A stretch of 64,000 nucleotides of DNA, filler included, from Sphacelaria rigidula (GCA_964200075.2; 5 parts of 5 records of this genome joined end to end with filler, not necessarily neighbours in it); one strand, 5' to 3'. Shown: positions 38,476-51,394, counted from the whole stretch's first letter. The notes: generated by a model not told the origin, from the letters alone. Program-made: numbers and translations.

Positions 38476-39639
38476 AGATGCTTGCGGCCATCCTCAGGGG
38501 ACCGGACCTCCAGCAGGGCAAGCTACCACGTCACCACTTTTCAACTTGAGGAATTCCACAGCTTTTCTTCGCGGTTCTACATTTTTTTTATTTTTGCTTT
38601 TCTTGGATTTCCAGGACGGTTTAGGTTGGACTATTTACTTAGCGGACTGTATCAACGGTTTCCCTTTTGTGTATGTAGCGTAACGACGGCTGCATTATGA
38701 GCATACTTTGTTTTTGCTTCGACTTTCCTTCTTTTCTTCGGACGGTCAGGACATCGGTAATGATATTTGTCGGCGTGCCTGTTCAACCTTCTCTGTAAAA
38801 AGCTTCCATCACGGGGGCGCACTTCGTAGCATTCATCGATATAGGCTTCCATCGCGGGGGCGTGTTAGAACAACAGATTTGTTATTGGTCTCTTATTTCG
38901 ATACTCGCTCATATCGGGTAAATAGCAGTACAACTTCCGCATCCTCAGAGGATTGCAACTATTCTAAGATTGTTAGCGGAGCTTCCGTCTCTGCCGGGTT
39001 AATGTAAAGTTCTACGATTCTCATTACTTTGTTCTAGAGTTCTGTCGGGTTAATGTAAAGTCGTAGGATTCTCATAAGTAAGAATATTCTCATAAGTAAG
39101 AACTTAGGCGTAGCGCATTGATCCGAGGGTACTTGTGGGTTGCCCCCACACCCTCTTACTCTCTTTTTCTTCTTCACTCTCTTCACTGAGATTCTCGGCC
39201 ACGTAAGCGCCAATTTCCAACATCAGTCTTTTCGACAAGCAAGGGTGCTTTACCGCCACTTCGGGCTGGCTCTGTGCATCTCCTTAACATATTACGCCAC
39301 ATCAAGAACTACCTCGTTCTTTCATTTTCATGCAGAGTCCTTTTCGGAATCGGCATCATTTTCAGTTTTGTTCGAGTAAATATGATGCCGATTTACAAAA
39401 TAGCCCCACCAACACCCCGAGCAGCCCTGGGAACCCTTTTGGCTAAACTTAAAAAGTGCACCCCTACCGTGGCATCACTCCAAAGCGGCGCAAGGTATGG
39501 ATCAGATATCAGAACCACAAGAGGCCCGGAACAACAATCACAAACATCACACAATTCGAGCGCACCATCACAGAAATACAAAAGATTTTTCATCAACGTA
39601 CAGACATCCGAACACAATCACACGCAGACACTAACCGGG

Positions 39640-40237
39640 GGGGACGGCGACGACGACGGCGACGGTGACGGCGATAGTCGCAGGTCTAACAGTACCTGCG
39701 TCGCCCGCCGTGGCTGCGGACAATATAGCACCAACGGCGGCTGCATCGGTCCCGCCATCAGTGCCGGTGGCGGCGGAAGCTGTTGTGGTACCACTGGTGA
39801 CGGTGATGGCGACAGCGACGGCGATAGCCGCACGTCCAACACAGCCCGCGACGGCCGCCGCGACTGTGGATAGTGTAGCACAGGCGGCGGCGACATCGGC
39901 ACCTCGAGCCACACTGGTGGCGGCGGCGGTAGGTGTGATGGTGATGGCACCGGCCTTAGCATCTCCTCGAGCATTGCACGCGATGGCTTCGGCACTTGTG
40001 ATGGTGACGGCAAGGGCGACAGCATCTCGTCCAGCACTTCCTGCGATGGCGTCGGCACCTGTGATGGCAACGGCGGCGGCTGCAGCATCTTTCCCAGCAG
40101 TGTGCGCGGAGGCGGCGACGACCGTGGTGGCGATAACCGTACATCGAGAAACAGACATACAAATGGAGGTAAAGGGACGACTCATGACTAAGAAAAAGCG
40201 GCGTCTAAGGCAATTGGAGACGAACAAGTATACTTAG
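39640..40237 (+). other. GC-rich imperfect repeat region, open as an Ala-rich frame with 21-aa units; coding status uncertain
   Basis: 63-bp units start at 39935, 39998, 40061 and 40124. ORF 39665-40237 ends in MTKKKRRLRQLE. Confidence 0.45.
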
Positions 40238-43123
40238 TCCCTTTTGATGTGTTTTGAGGTATAGCACACCTCTGGTGGGTTATGCGCAGCACTTTCAGCT
40301 CCACTGCGCACCATCCCGCTAGTTACCTTCCGTGTAGCTGGCCAAAAGGACTGGAGTCGGGTCAAGTCTACGCCATTATTGTTCCCGACAACTGTTGCCG
40401 ACCGCTATACCCTCAAGTGGGCCGAAACGACAAGGTATATTTTTCCTGGCCGCTGCCCCGATAATACACTGGCCACAACGTCGACAGGGTATGACACACA
40501 AAACGGAATATCATCGCTTCCAGAGGTTTTCCTGCGCACGACTCGTGGATGATGGCTTACTGGGGCCGGAAATTTCATCACCGAAAGGTAATATTCTGGG
40601 TGAGGGGGAAGGCGGGGTGCGGTACAGTACGGTGGGTGCCGGGACGATTGAAGACAAAGTCCAACTCGTGTTGGCCGGGGGTGAAGGGTTGTACAGTCCA
40701 CAATATGCGGATGTCGAAGTTTTTCCTTTTTCGTCACCTTCTGGACCTTTCCCCTCCCTCCGAACGTGTCCGTGCTCTCGAGGGATGAAGCCAGCTCTGC
40801 CCCGCCGCAGGCGTTGCAATTTGGTATTGCGGATTGGATCAGCGCTTCCCCACCGCGCGGTGGATACTCTCTGACTACACTCTGTTTGCTGCTCACGCTC
40901 TCGTGTTTGCGACGGAAATCCAACATATCTCCGAAAATAAACACGTGGATCTGGCGGACATTGAACCCGAACTTTTCCAACCTGCCGGCGCAAGTGGTGC
41001 CGTTAGACCATCGCGGCGCGACGGCTATTTTAGTATCCACCGCAGCCTACGGTTTTCGTTACCCCGGGGCCACCTCCACGTCATTTCCCGAAAGCGCAAC
41101 CAACACACCTTTTTTCCAAAACTTCTCACCAGGTACGATCAAACACGGACACCGGTCGTCTCATAGATATCTCAGGTATACGAACGGCGCGGAAACCCAA
41201 AGAAGAGTGTTTGCAGTACATCATGAGATACGAAAATTACGGTACTCCGCAGAAAGTATAGTCTATGTCTTCAAGTTCAAGATGATACTTTCAAGCACAA
41301 AACTAAACCATCGGGCATGAGCGCCGGACTCGTGCACTACTTGAGAGCTATCTTCCAACACAGAGGCTGTTTATGTGCGGAATAGATTTCCGTGTCCTCA
41401 TGTCCGGGAGAGCGACAGCCGTACTGTACCCTGCGTGTATCTCTATTAGGGGGGACAATGATCCTTCTTGTGCGGGACAGAGAAATCACTACGCGAGATA
41501 ATGACTATGTTTTTGTGGCATTCGAACAACAGGGGTTGAGATGGCCCGTGAAAATGACCGTACAGTAGGGGGAGACGTGTGTTGGGTACGAAATCATTCC
41601 CCGTTATTTGTGCCCGATAGTTGTATGTCCCCGAGGAACACCGAGACAGTGATGGTCCGTATAGACTCATGACATTCGACGGCAATCGTACCGGTTATCA
41701 TGAATATATTGGTTTGTCATACATGAAGTTTTGTAAGTACCGACAGGTCATCCCAAACAGGCGAATATGGTACATACTCTGCGTTAAGTGTGACGACAGT
41801 ACTGTTGACGGGTGATGCATTTACCATGCATACAGAATAGTTTCCAGCTGAACCAGAGAATTTTTGTAATCTATTTGTAGTGGGCGATTTTCAAGAGTTT
41901 TTTCGCGTGCCAACACTGATACCAGTGAACGTTTGATCCCAGAGTTTGGGGATCGGGAGATACCAAGCATCCGCTAAACATTCCGAAACAAGAATTCTAT
42001 ATGCACTCAATATTGAACGACTTACGGGTTGACCGGTCCTCGGGGGTCGTGAGACTACCCAGCCCCAGGTTCTGACACTCGTGCATTTTTGGTCGGTTGA
42101 AGCAATCTCGATCGTTCTCGGGTACAAATGCAAATACAAGTTGTTCCAGTTTTTACCTATTCATCACGCTCGAGGCGAAAAACTGTGTTTTTGGGACCGT
42201 GGATGTTCGATAACACCCGTCTGATAAACGATCCCCTTGCTCCTTATCACCCCGACAATACCAACCTTGAGCATTGTGTCCTGAGCACCACCTGCCTCTT
42301 TTCCCGATATCTATCGATGCTTCAGTAGGACTTTCGAGCGCCTGAGGAAGAAGAACCCTACACGAGAAAATTCAAAAGAATACCCTAAGGACGAATTGCC
42401 CAACCGAGCTCCGTGTAGCACAGAGGGGGGGGGGGGGGGGGGACAGGGGGTTTTGTCGCTTCCGTGAATATTTCACAAATCCTTTTGCTTTTTCGATCNN
42501 NNNNNNNGCGGGGGGGGGGGGTGGGGGGGGGGGGCGGGGGGGGGGGTGGGTGGGGGGTGGTGGGTGTACATGAGTCTTGGTCGCTCTCGTGAATACTTCA
42601 CAGATCCTTATGCTTTATCGATACCTCTCTATCGCGCTAGAGCCGAAAATAGGTATGTTTTAGACCAAAAGCGGTCAATAGCACCCTCTGTCAATTCAGC
42701 TCGTGAGTCGTTGAATATTGAGCGCAAAGATTATTTTTGTTTCGAACCTCATCCGTTTTTTCTCGCGTTGACGTAAAATTCATCCCACAAGACGTTTTCA
42801 TACTCAAACCGAGTATTTAGGAGTTTGCACGTTTCAAGTTCACGTCCTCGCGCAAACGCGCAAAACCTCACGCCGTTATTACGAGTCAGACCCTCAAACT
42901 CCGCACGAATATGCTATGTGTCATTACGTAACTTTCGATGGACGAGCTAATTCTTGCTTCTTGCTTTTTTTTCCGTTTTCAGGGGTCCGACGGGATCCAA
43001 GTCGTTTTTTTGCAGCAGTCTCTATTATGGGACGCCGGAAACCCAGCGCTGCGATCTCCTTTTTCCGGGTTTTTTCGCGAACGAGCAGTCGCCGCATAAC
43101 CCATGGAAGAGCCCGACAAAGTT

Positions 43124-44041
43124 CACACGTCGGACGAGCACAAGTATGACTCGTGGCACTCGTACTCGTTGGGCTGCTCGTTGGCCGTCAAATTCAATAG
43201 GGCAAGCACTCGAGTCATTGCTCGTTGTGGAAAAAAGTTAATAGGGCGAGCACTCGCCGGTCGCCCCGGTGGCTCAGTTGGTGACTTCGAAATCTTCTGA
43301 CGGTTGGGTCGTGGGTTCAAATCTCGGAGCGATCTGAGATTTGTTCTCACACAATGCCCAACAGTGGAGAGCGACTATGTCGTGGGTACACAAAATTCGA
43401 CTTCACGGTCGGCGAGCGATAGGGATCGCTGAACCCCTCTCCCGATGAAAAATAGAGGCAAGCACCGCAAAAGGAAGGTGGAGAACTGAAACAAATTAAA
43501 AAGAAAAAAGCTCCTGTGTTGACCTTCCTCTTGTGTGGCCCCGGCTGGTGCGCCCACATATACCGAAAGGTGTAGACCGACGTCCAAAACAACTGGGACG
43601 ACAACACAACACACTCGAGCCATCGCTCGTTGTGGGGGGAAAAGAGTAGGGCGAGCACTCGAGCCATTGCTCGTTGTGGAAAAAAATAGGAGGGCGAGCA
43701 CTTGAGTCATTAACCGTTGTGGAAAAAAAATAATAGGGCGAGCACTCGCGTCATTGCTCGTTGTGGAAAACAATCAATAGGGCGAGTACTCGAGTCATTG
43801 GTTGTTGTGGGGAAAAAATCGATGGGGCGAGCGCTCGAGTCATTGCTCGCTGTGGGGAAAACAAATGATGGGGCGAACGCTCGAGTCATTGCTCGAAAAT
43901 AAAAGTGATGGGGCGAGCACTTGAGCCATTGCTCATTGTGAAAAATGTGATGACTTGAGCACACGAATCATGCTCGTTGTTTAAAAAAAGCACATCCACG
44001 AGTGCACTCGTTTCGACGAGTAATGTCTCGTCCGACGTGTG
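43124..44041. mobile_element. TIR element with CACAC termini and an internal tandem array of about 42 bp
   Basis: cacacgtcggacgag / ctcgtccgacgtgtg form a perfect 15-bp inverted repeat. Units aatagggcgagcactcgagtcattgctcgttgtggaaaaaa span about 43196-43985. Confidence 0.85.
43257..43611 (+). mobile_element. tRNA-derived SINE (family A) nested in the tandem array
   Basis: A/B-box-like head, shared body and CA-rich tail. CACTCG is duplicated at 43251-43256 and 43612-43617. Confidence 0.93.
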
Positions 44042-44449
44042 AAAAGTTTCGTGGCCGAACTCGATGGACTGATGCTTACACTTTTAAGCTCACCTCAAAG
44101 TTAGCCCAAAAACGCCATCTTCATACTAATATCAAGTACTGTGCGGTTTTACCGTGGCACGGAAAAGTTCATCGCACTAACGCGGAAAACTTCGCGCCAT
44201 TTTTAGGAGTTAAATCCTAAAATTTGACACAAATGTGCCATGGGTCATTACTTTGGATGAACAAGTTTCTTTTCTTTTCAAGCGTTCCATGGGGGTCCGA
44301 CTGGATCGAAGTCTCCCCGAAAAAATGAGACTCCCGAAAAAAAATGAAAAAAGTCAGGAAGTGGAGAAAAAAATCGGCCTCCGAAAGTTGCCTAATGACC
44401 CATAGCACATTTGTGCAAGTTTCAGGGTATTATAACCCCTTCAAACGGC

Positions 44450-47400
44450 GTGAAGTTCCACCGATGGGTCTCTTTCGGATGATATGCGTCCGGCTACTGT
44501 ACTTATTCGTATGATGTCACAGCCTAGATACCAATGCCTGCACGACCAAGCCATGAATGCCCGGGCCTTGTGGGAGGTAAGCATGTACCATAACACTAAT
44601 ACATGGTAGGCGAGAAAATTTCTCTGTAGTGCCTTTCAAGAGACGAATACTCGTAGGCTACCTGGCAGTCAATGCTGTGTCTGCATTGTCACGGAGACGA
44701 TACCTGGATGATATCATCACTGTTCCTCAACATTACCCACCTCGACGAGACTCACACGGTGGGCACAGGTGCACGGCAGGGAGACCTCGAGCATTCGCAG
44801 AGCGTGACGCTGATGTCACTGGCTCGGTGGAAGGGTAGCGACCCGTGTTGTTGGTTCTGTTGTGTTTTGCGGGGATAGGATACGATGACGCATGCAGCGG
44901 GCGGAACGGGTGCGGTGTCATTCGTTTTTTCCCGAATGAATCGTCACACATATGAAAAGCGGAAATCCAACACCAGTGGCTATTGCATCACAGGATAAAG
45001 AAGCGACATATTTCTGGTTTTCCTGACAGACGTCGACTAAACGGTGGTCTTTACTCAGCTTATCTTTTCTTATAAAAGGGAGTGAGTGGCTCGGCAGCAG
45101 GCCCTACGCAACTCTCATGACATCGGTTGAATACTGAACAGTGGTTAGGCAAAGTGCATGCAGACCACGAATATCGAGCTGAGCGTGACTCTGTGAAATT
45201 ATTAAAAGGTGTACTGTACCGTTACTTTAACATAGAACATCGATGCAGGATCATTTCTCTTGGTGTTCTGTTTTTTCGAGTGCGAACTGGGCCAGCTGAC
45301 AGTCGTCCTTGAATGCTGTTTTGCGCCCGGCGGCGCTAAATTTGAGGAGGTAAGCGCTGAAATTTTGACGCGACATTTAAATCATCAACACGAGCAACAT
45401 TTCTCGGGATACCAAGAGGGGAAAAAAATAAAACAAGAAGTCTGAGCGACTTGAACTTTCGGCAAAAACTGGGGAAATGCCGTAACTTCGTTAGAAAACG
45501 ACTCCGAAAAACGGTGGAATCCCCAGAAATGTTGCACGCACTTGCGCGCAGTAGATACTGGCAATCACTTGGCCAGAAATTCCTAAAATTGGATCCAGCC
45601 TGACACTTTTTGTGTGACACCGCTGCGCCTCTGTAATCCAAGTGATACAGGAGACTCCAATTATGGCGGTCACGAGTTCGAATCCCGACATATCCTCTTC
45701 TTGTTCTTTGCGTCATTAAGGTCATATTTTGTGCAGTGCATAATTTTTTCTCCAACGACAGACCGTGCATGATCAAGTTGGTCTGCAGTTCACAGCGATA
45801 TGCTTGAATCGGACTGATTCGGGAACTTGAGAAGCTGTTGTGTGATGTGCGCTTGTACGTCTCACGACCGGCCCAGCTCGTATTCCACGGCAAACTGACG
45901 TACCTCTTCAAGCTGTATCCGTTAACGAACAACGCCTGATTGTGCATTGTCCGCAAGTACAAGGTTCGTCACGGTCGACCCGGCTGCTTGTTTGTCTATC
46001 GCCGCACAACGCACCAAACTCGAAAAAAAAACATATATTCCACCTTCAACGTACTAAGTTCAGGCATTCTCCAAATTTCGAACGGGGGGTGGGGGAGAGG
46101 AAAGCGTGATATTTGGAGGGTGATCCATACATCACTTCGGATGCTCGGCTGTCGAATAGTCTTCGACTCCTGGACGTGGTTGAAAACAACAAATATACAA
46201 AGAAGAGATAGCAGGGGGTAATATCTTCCATAATCGACGAAAACAGTAGCACTCATAACTCAGCTCGCAGTACGGGGCCAATCAATCGTCTCTCGGCAGA
46301 TACTTTCATGGGCACTTGAAGATGAACAGCGCCCTCACCACACGACACACAAACGAGACCACATCACACAACACCCCACCGCGGAGCCACCATGTGTTAC
46401 ATGTTTTGAATGTGTCCCGCCCGACTGAGCCGCACCGGAACAAAACAATCTTGCGATTCTGCCTGCTTGAGGCAATGTGATTCCTATTCATGTGCGTCGG
46501 TGTGTGTGTTTGCCGGCACGATCGTGTGTTTCACGTGCAGGGAATTTTTACCGTATGTTCCCCTTTTGTACTATGACGGTCCCATGTGCCCCCCCTGCCG
46601 TTGATAAAGTGCCATGGCCCATTATTTTTCGCTCCAATCGACGTTGATTTCGAACGCCGACCAGCCTTCTAAGGCTTTCAAAACGATGGCGGTGCCCCCT
46701 CTCCCCGCGCGCAAAATCAAACCACGATCTCTCCTCACGGCCACTTCTTGTTGTCCAAACATTGCTGCGAAACAGTCCAGGCAGCGACCCTTTCTTGGCA
46801 ACTTTACATTGACAAAAATATCCCAAACCGTGTCTTGCAGCTCTGAAAACCGTTTGGCGACTTTGCACACCAAGGTGGAGGTGCCCACTAGCGTGATTCT
46901 TACCACAATGCATTTGGAGCACGAAATAGCGGTCGCCACCATGCCTGTTGCCTACAGCCGTTCGTTGTCTGTGCTGCTCGGTCTGTGCGGCTGCACTGCA
47001 TGCACAGTGAAGCGTTTCGCTAACGTTTGCGCATGCACGCATGTAGTGTAAAGCTCTGTACTGCACCTGTGCATACGGTTAAAACTCATTGTACTGTTGG
47101 ACAACGGTACTGACTATGTTGTAGTGTTGCTATGTGGTGATTTGTGCTTGCTATCTGTAGTGTACTATGCTGTGCTGTATGCAGCTATACCTCGTCCATG
47201 AACTGTCTGTACAGCTGGCTACAGCGTGCGCTTGGTGAGAAGCATATCCGAAAATCCGCTGCGGACAAACTTCAATGTTTCCAAGAAGAAGAATTTTTCC
47301 CCGACGAGATGGGCGAGAACAGCACGTTTCCGACGAAAAATGACCATCTCGTAGAGCTTGTACCCAGATAAATGCCTGTCAGCAATGGTTGAAAAATATT

Positions 47401-48275
47401 TACCGCGGATAAAACGCCCAAATATTGCCTAGACTGGACCTTTGTGGACTCTAAAAAGCGACTGTACATGATAATGACAAGGACAACAGCACGTCAGACT
47501 GAGACAACACTACAGTGCACAACCCGCGTCGACACCGAGTGGGACGAGGAGCAGCGTTGGGATAGGCGCCGGCTTGAGGCAGGAAGATGCGCTGGATCCT
47601 CATCACGACTGTAAATCACCCACAGTGTACAACACAGTAAGTATCAGCCAAACAGACAGATCGTTTCAGTTCAAAAGCTCTCCTGTACACGATAAATAAA
47701 CAAAAAACGCGCCTCTCGCGGCCGAAGCCCAAAGGCCCCAAAGACGCCGACGCCCGCAATCAGGGACATATCTTGGCTGATCAGTCAAGCCATATTTCGC
47801 TCTCTGTGCAACAGACTATGTTTACCTTGGTTTCTGATGTTTTTGGTGCTGTATTCGTTATCGAGGTGCTCACAAGCAGAACGCCCCACGCACACAACAT
47901 AGGGTCGCACATCAAGATGTCGTTCTGGCTACACCCGAACGGCGGCAAAACCCACGCTTGATTCCTCTTCTCAAAACAAAAATAGGTACATCCACATCCA
48001 TGTTCCCCTATGGTGATCCTCGCGCTGGCACTTTCCTACCTGTTACACGTGCATTTTGCATCTACTTTCCACAGGACAGTGTACATCCGCCGGTTTGCAT
48101 CTGGTGGAGTATACTGTACTTTGTATGTCGTGATACAAGTCAGAAACAAGAGTCCAAATGTGGAGCCCACACCACCCGAAAATACAGCCAAGAGGATCTA
48201 CCCTGAGATAGACGTGACACCCCTCTGACAGCCCAGCTTCACAGCGAAAGGAACGTTCAGGCACTTCCTAAAAAT
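44450..48275 (-). pseudogene. Degenerate multi-exon gene resembling a CxC-KDZ transposase (copy B); extent approximate
   Basis: Manual translation gives a CxC-like block at 46600-46955, YKRGTYGKNSLHVKH, DEPCTCGQC, QFAVEYELGR...QQLLKFP and CNSHWCWISAFHMCDDSF, with in-frame stops. Collinear with copy A. Confidence 0.5.
45620..45700 (+). mobile_element. tRNA-like SINE head remnant
   Basis: gcgcctctgtaatccaagtg (A-box-like) and gagttcgaatccc (B-box). No acceptor stem. Confidence 0.45.
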
Positions 48276-48399
48276 ACTCTTACTCGCCCTCGCCAGCCGT
48301 CGGCTTTGGCGGAAACCAAATCATATGTCGGAGCACGGTGGATAGGGCTTGTACGTGTAGACTTCGAACTAATGGCCCACATCGAATCACAGTTCTTCT

Positions 48400-50630
48400 T
48401 GCTGCAGTAAACCCCAAGTACGTATCAACACGTTCTCACTTTGAAAGCTCTACCCACGTTCGCCTTGCAGCTCAATCTCGACGTCACTGGTTGATGTTGT
48501 CGTGGTGCTAGAAGGGTGTCTCAGAACGGCTCGCTTTTTTTATCAGACAGAGACAATGAGGCGTGTGTCACCTCGGTTTGAGTGATGCCATCAACATATT
48601 CGGGGGTGTAATTCTCCGTACAGCACTATGAGATGACACCATTACAACAGCACAATGGGTCCACGATCCTGGCTTGGGGGGGGGGAGGGGGGGTGTACCC
48701 TCAGTATCACCATGCTATCGTACACTCGAGGACCATCGCGCTTACACCACTGTGCCCAACGCGAGGAGGCCATCCACATATAGGTTCACAAATACATACA
48801 ATAGTCGGAAGTGGTCTGGCGCTGGACACGGATACGAGGCGCTTTGAGACAAGATCGACAGGTTGTGTACACGCTATATAAACTTCGACTGGAGCATGTC
48901 ACCACTTGGTCCAAATGTACCTCATAGCCCGTGTGACCTCAGGGTGGGCCTTGACAACGGAGGGATAGCTGAGGGGGGGGGGGGCGGGGGGGTCGCGTGT
49001 AGGTTTCGAAATATCTAGCGTACTTTCCACGCCTAGTCGTTTGGCTTAGGGCGGTCGATGCTGGTCATGGGTCCGACAGAGCGCATGCAGCGAACGCGAT
49101 TTGAGCGTACTGTACCGCACAACGTTGTCTGCGTTGATTTGCTGAGTGTATTTCCATCATGGGCTGTCAAAGCTCGGAGGCCTGACTGAGGACGGGCGTA
49201 ACGCTTGTCAGCGATTGCATCAAAAGATGACGACTTGGAAGGAAACGAATGATTCGCTGTATCTAGCCGTGCGACGGAATCTATCAGCCGTGAATTTTGT
49301 TTGCCGAATTACAACTGAGATGTACACGGTACTGGACTGGGTGAAGTGCACCGCATTATGCCGTGCCGTGCGTTACTGTAGTGCACTCAAACTGCCAGCA
49401 TACTGCGCGCGGTTGTGGCGGAGCTGTGGTTTTATGCCCTAGGTGTCTTCATGTCCAGTGCGTAGCTGAAGGGTGTGGTGAAGGAAGCTCACGACATTAG
49501 GGTTTGTGGCGGTACGATGACGGCCTTTCTAGCAGGCAGTGGATCGGTCGTCAAAGCATGCGGTGCGAACAGATCTTCGTCTCCGCCATCACATCCAAAT
49601 GTTGCCATACAACACCACGTGATCGCACGGCGATAGATGAGAACTTGTGAGACAGCGGCAATCCATCGCACCTACCTAGTCATGTTATGACATTGGTTGG
49701 AAGTAGGGGTCTCGCGCTTACCATACCCCAGCAGCTCTCTGTGCTGTGCGGTGCTGTTCTGTACTGTACTACTCTACAGCCCAACCTGATTTGTACCGTT
49801 CATTGTTGTGTATTGCCCTGAGTTGTTCCCGCAGTACACACGATTCAAGAGAGGTATATCTGCGTCTTCTATGCTCCAGACGTCTTGATGCGCAGGACAT
49901 CCGATGTAGCAGGAGAGGGCAGCGATGATTTTGACGCTCGGGCGCGCGACTGCTTTGTCGACTTTCGTGAGCGGTGTAGCGGGAACATCAGAGTATGCGA
50001 TCGGATCTGCACGGCTGCACGAACACCGACCAGCTGGTCACACGACAATCTATGAAACCCCCAGTCAATGGCTACAGCTGGTAACCGTTTGTGTTTGTCG
50101 TGCGCACATCCTATCATGATCTTACAACAATTTTGCTGCCTATATAAGGCGGTGCGTTAACGCGCACAGGGCTTATCGTGGCTCAAACCTGCTGCACAGC
50201 CGTGGCCGTCGACACCTGAAGACCGATAACGGTTCATGTATGGCATGTTGTTGTTGTCTTCAGAAAAAGATCGCGTGTCGTCATTTTTTGGTGTGACGAA
50301 ACTAGACCGCCAGATCGTAACAAGGTATTTTCTTTTGAAATCACCGACTTTTTCAGATGGAATGAGGCCTGTCAAAGCTGTCTCCACCTGGCAGTCGTCT
50401 AGAAAGTCAACGTAGGCGCACAAATAGGCGTTGTATCGATCGCTAGACGAGGGACATGTTGTAGAGGGAAACGCTGAATCATGACCAATTTGACACAGTA
50501 GATTATGACCAAAGTGCCGGCGAGCGTATGTTTCTGCATATTTACCCGATGCACCCTTTCGGGAAGATGTATTTGCAGCTCGCGGCCGGTGAGGTTTACA
50601 TACCTGAGCTTTAGCACAAGCAAACACCCG
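48400..50630 (-). pseudogene. Degenerate multi-exon gene resembling a KDZ transposase (copy A); extent approximate
   Basis: YARRHFGHNLLCQIGH, DKPCAR*, PAVAIDWGFHRL...SHTLMFP, CDH/WCCMATFGCDGGDEDLF and MMEIHSANQRRQRC occur in successive segments, some AG/GT-bounded. Confidence 0.5.
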
Positions 50631-51199
50631 AGAGTAGGAGGTTAGCTACTGGTCTTGCACATGTATGAATTATTCTTGTTCATTTCAGATTTGCTGGTGG
50701 CTCCGTTTCGTTCCGACTTGGCTATCATGACGGGATACAGCACCCCCTCAGCAGTCCTCATTCACATCGTTCACGTCGCCAGGCCCACATCTTCAGGTCT
50801 CACGTTCGTCTTTTTCGTGATTGATTATGTTGTTGTCTTTGAGAAAATCTACACAGCCGGCACGGCATTCGCTTTGCGTTTCCATGCCCTTGTGAAATAG
50901 CCCACATCCTCACTTTTTTTCTGCTTCTGTTCCTTTTTCTTTCCTTTTTTGTTAGAGCGTGTTTGAGTTTCGTTTCTCTTGGGTACGTCTATCATGAGAC
51001 CACGGCTGGACCCCGGGGGGGTCAGTTAAAGTGCGACAATCAATCAATCAATCACAGTCAACAACTCCTCGCAGCGGATGAGGAAATTGAAATGTTCCTT
51101 CCGGCATACCGTGATCAATTACCGTCACATTTACTGAAGCAGTGTCCGATCGAGTCTCAGGGCATGGCGTCGACCGTCGTCGCCATGCTGTCACGGGGG

Positions 51200-51299
51200 N
51201 NNNNNNNNNNNNNNNNNNNNNNNNNNNNNNNNNNNNNNNNNNNTTAATTAATTAANNNNNNNNNNNNNNNNNNNNNNNNNNNNNNNNNNNNNNNNNNNN
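51200..51299. other. Artificial scaffold spacer
   Basis: 44 N, TTAATTAATTAA, 44 N. Confidence 0.98.
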
Positions 51300-51394
51300 C
51301 CTTTTCAGAACTGATGCTCTTCTAGTTGTGGAGTAATCGAGCTTTGAAATTCGGTCCAGGGGGTGTGCGATGACTCGCACAATCACGGGTACCG

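Noticed and set aside
42423-42625. Direct repeat flanking poly(G)
   Set aside because: The two copies straddle an N gap beside G homopolymers, most likely redundant low-quality contig ends.
43257-43332. Functional tRNA genes (also at 18210-18286, 55297-55372 and 12141-12220)
   Set aside because: No acceptor-stem pairing, and each continues into a shared SINE body.
43196-43985. CRISPR-like array
   Set aside because: Contiguous degenerate tandem units without spacers, internal to a TIR element.
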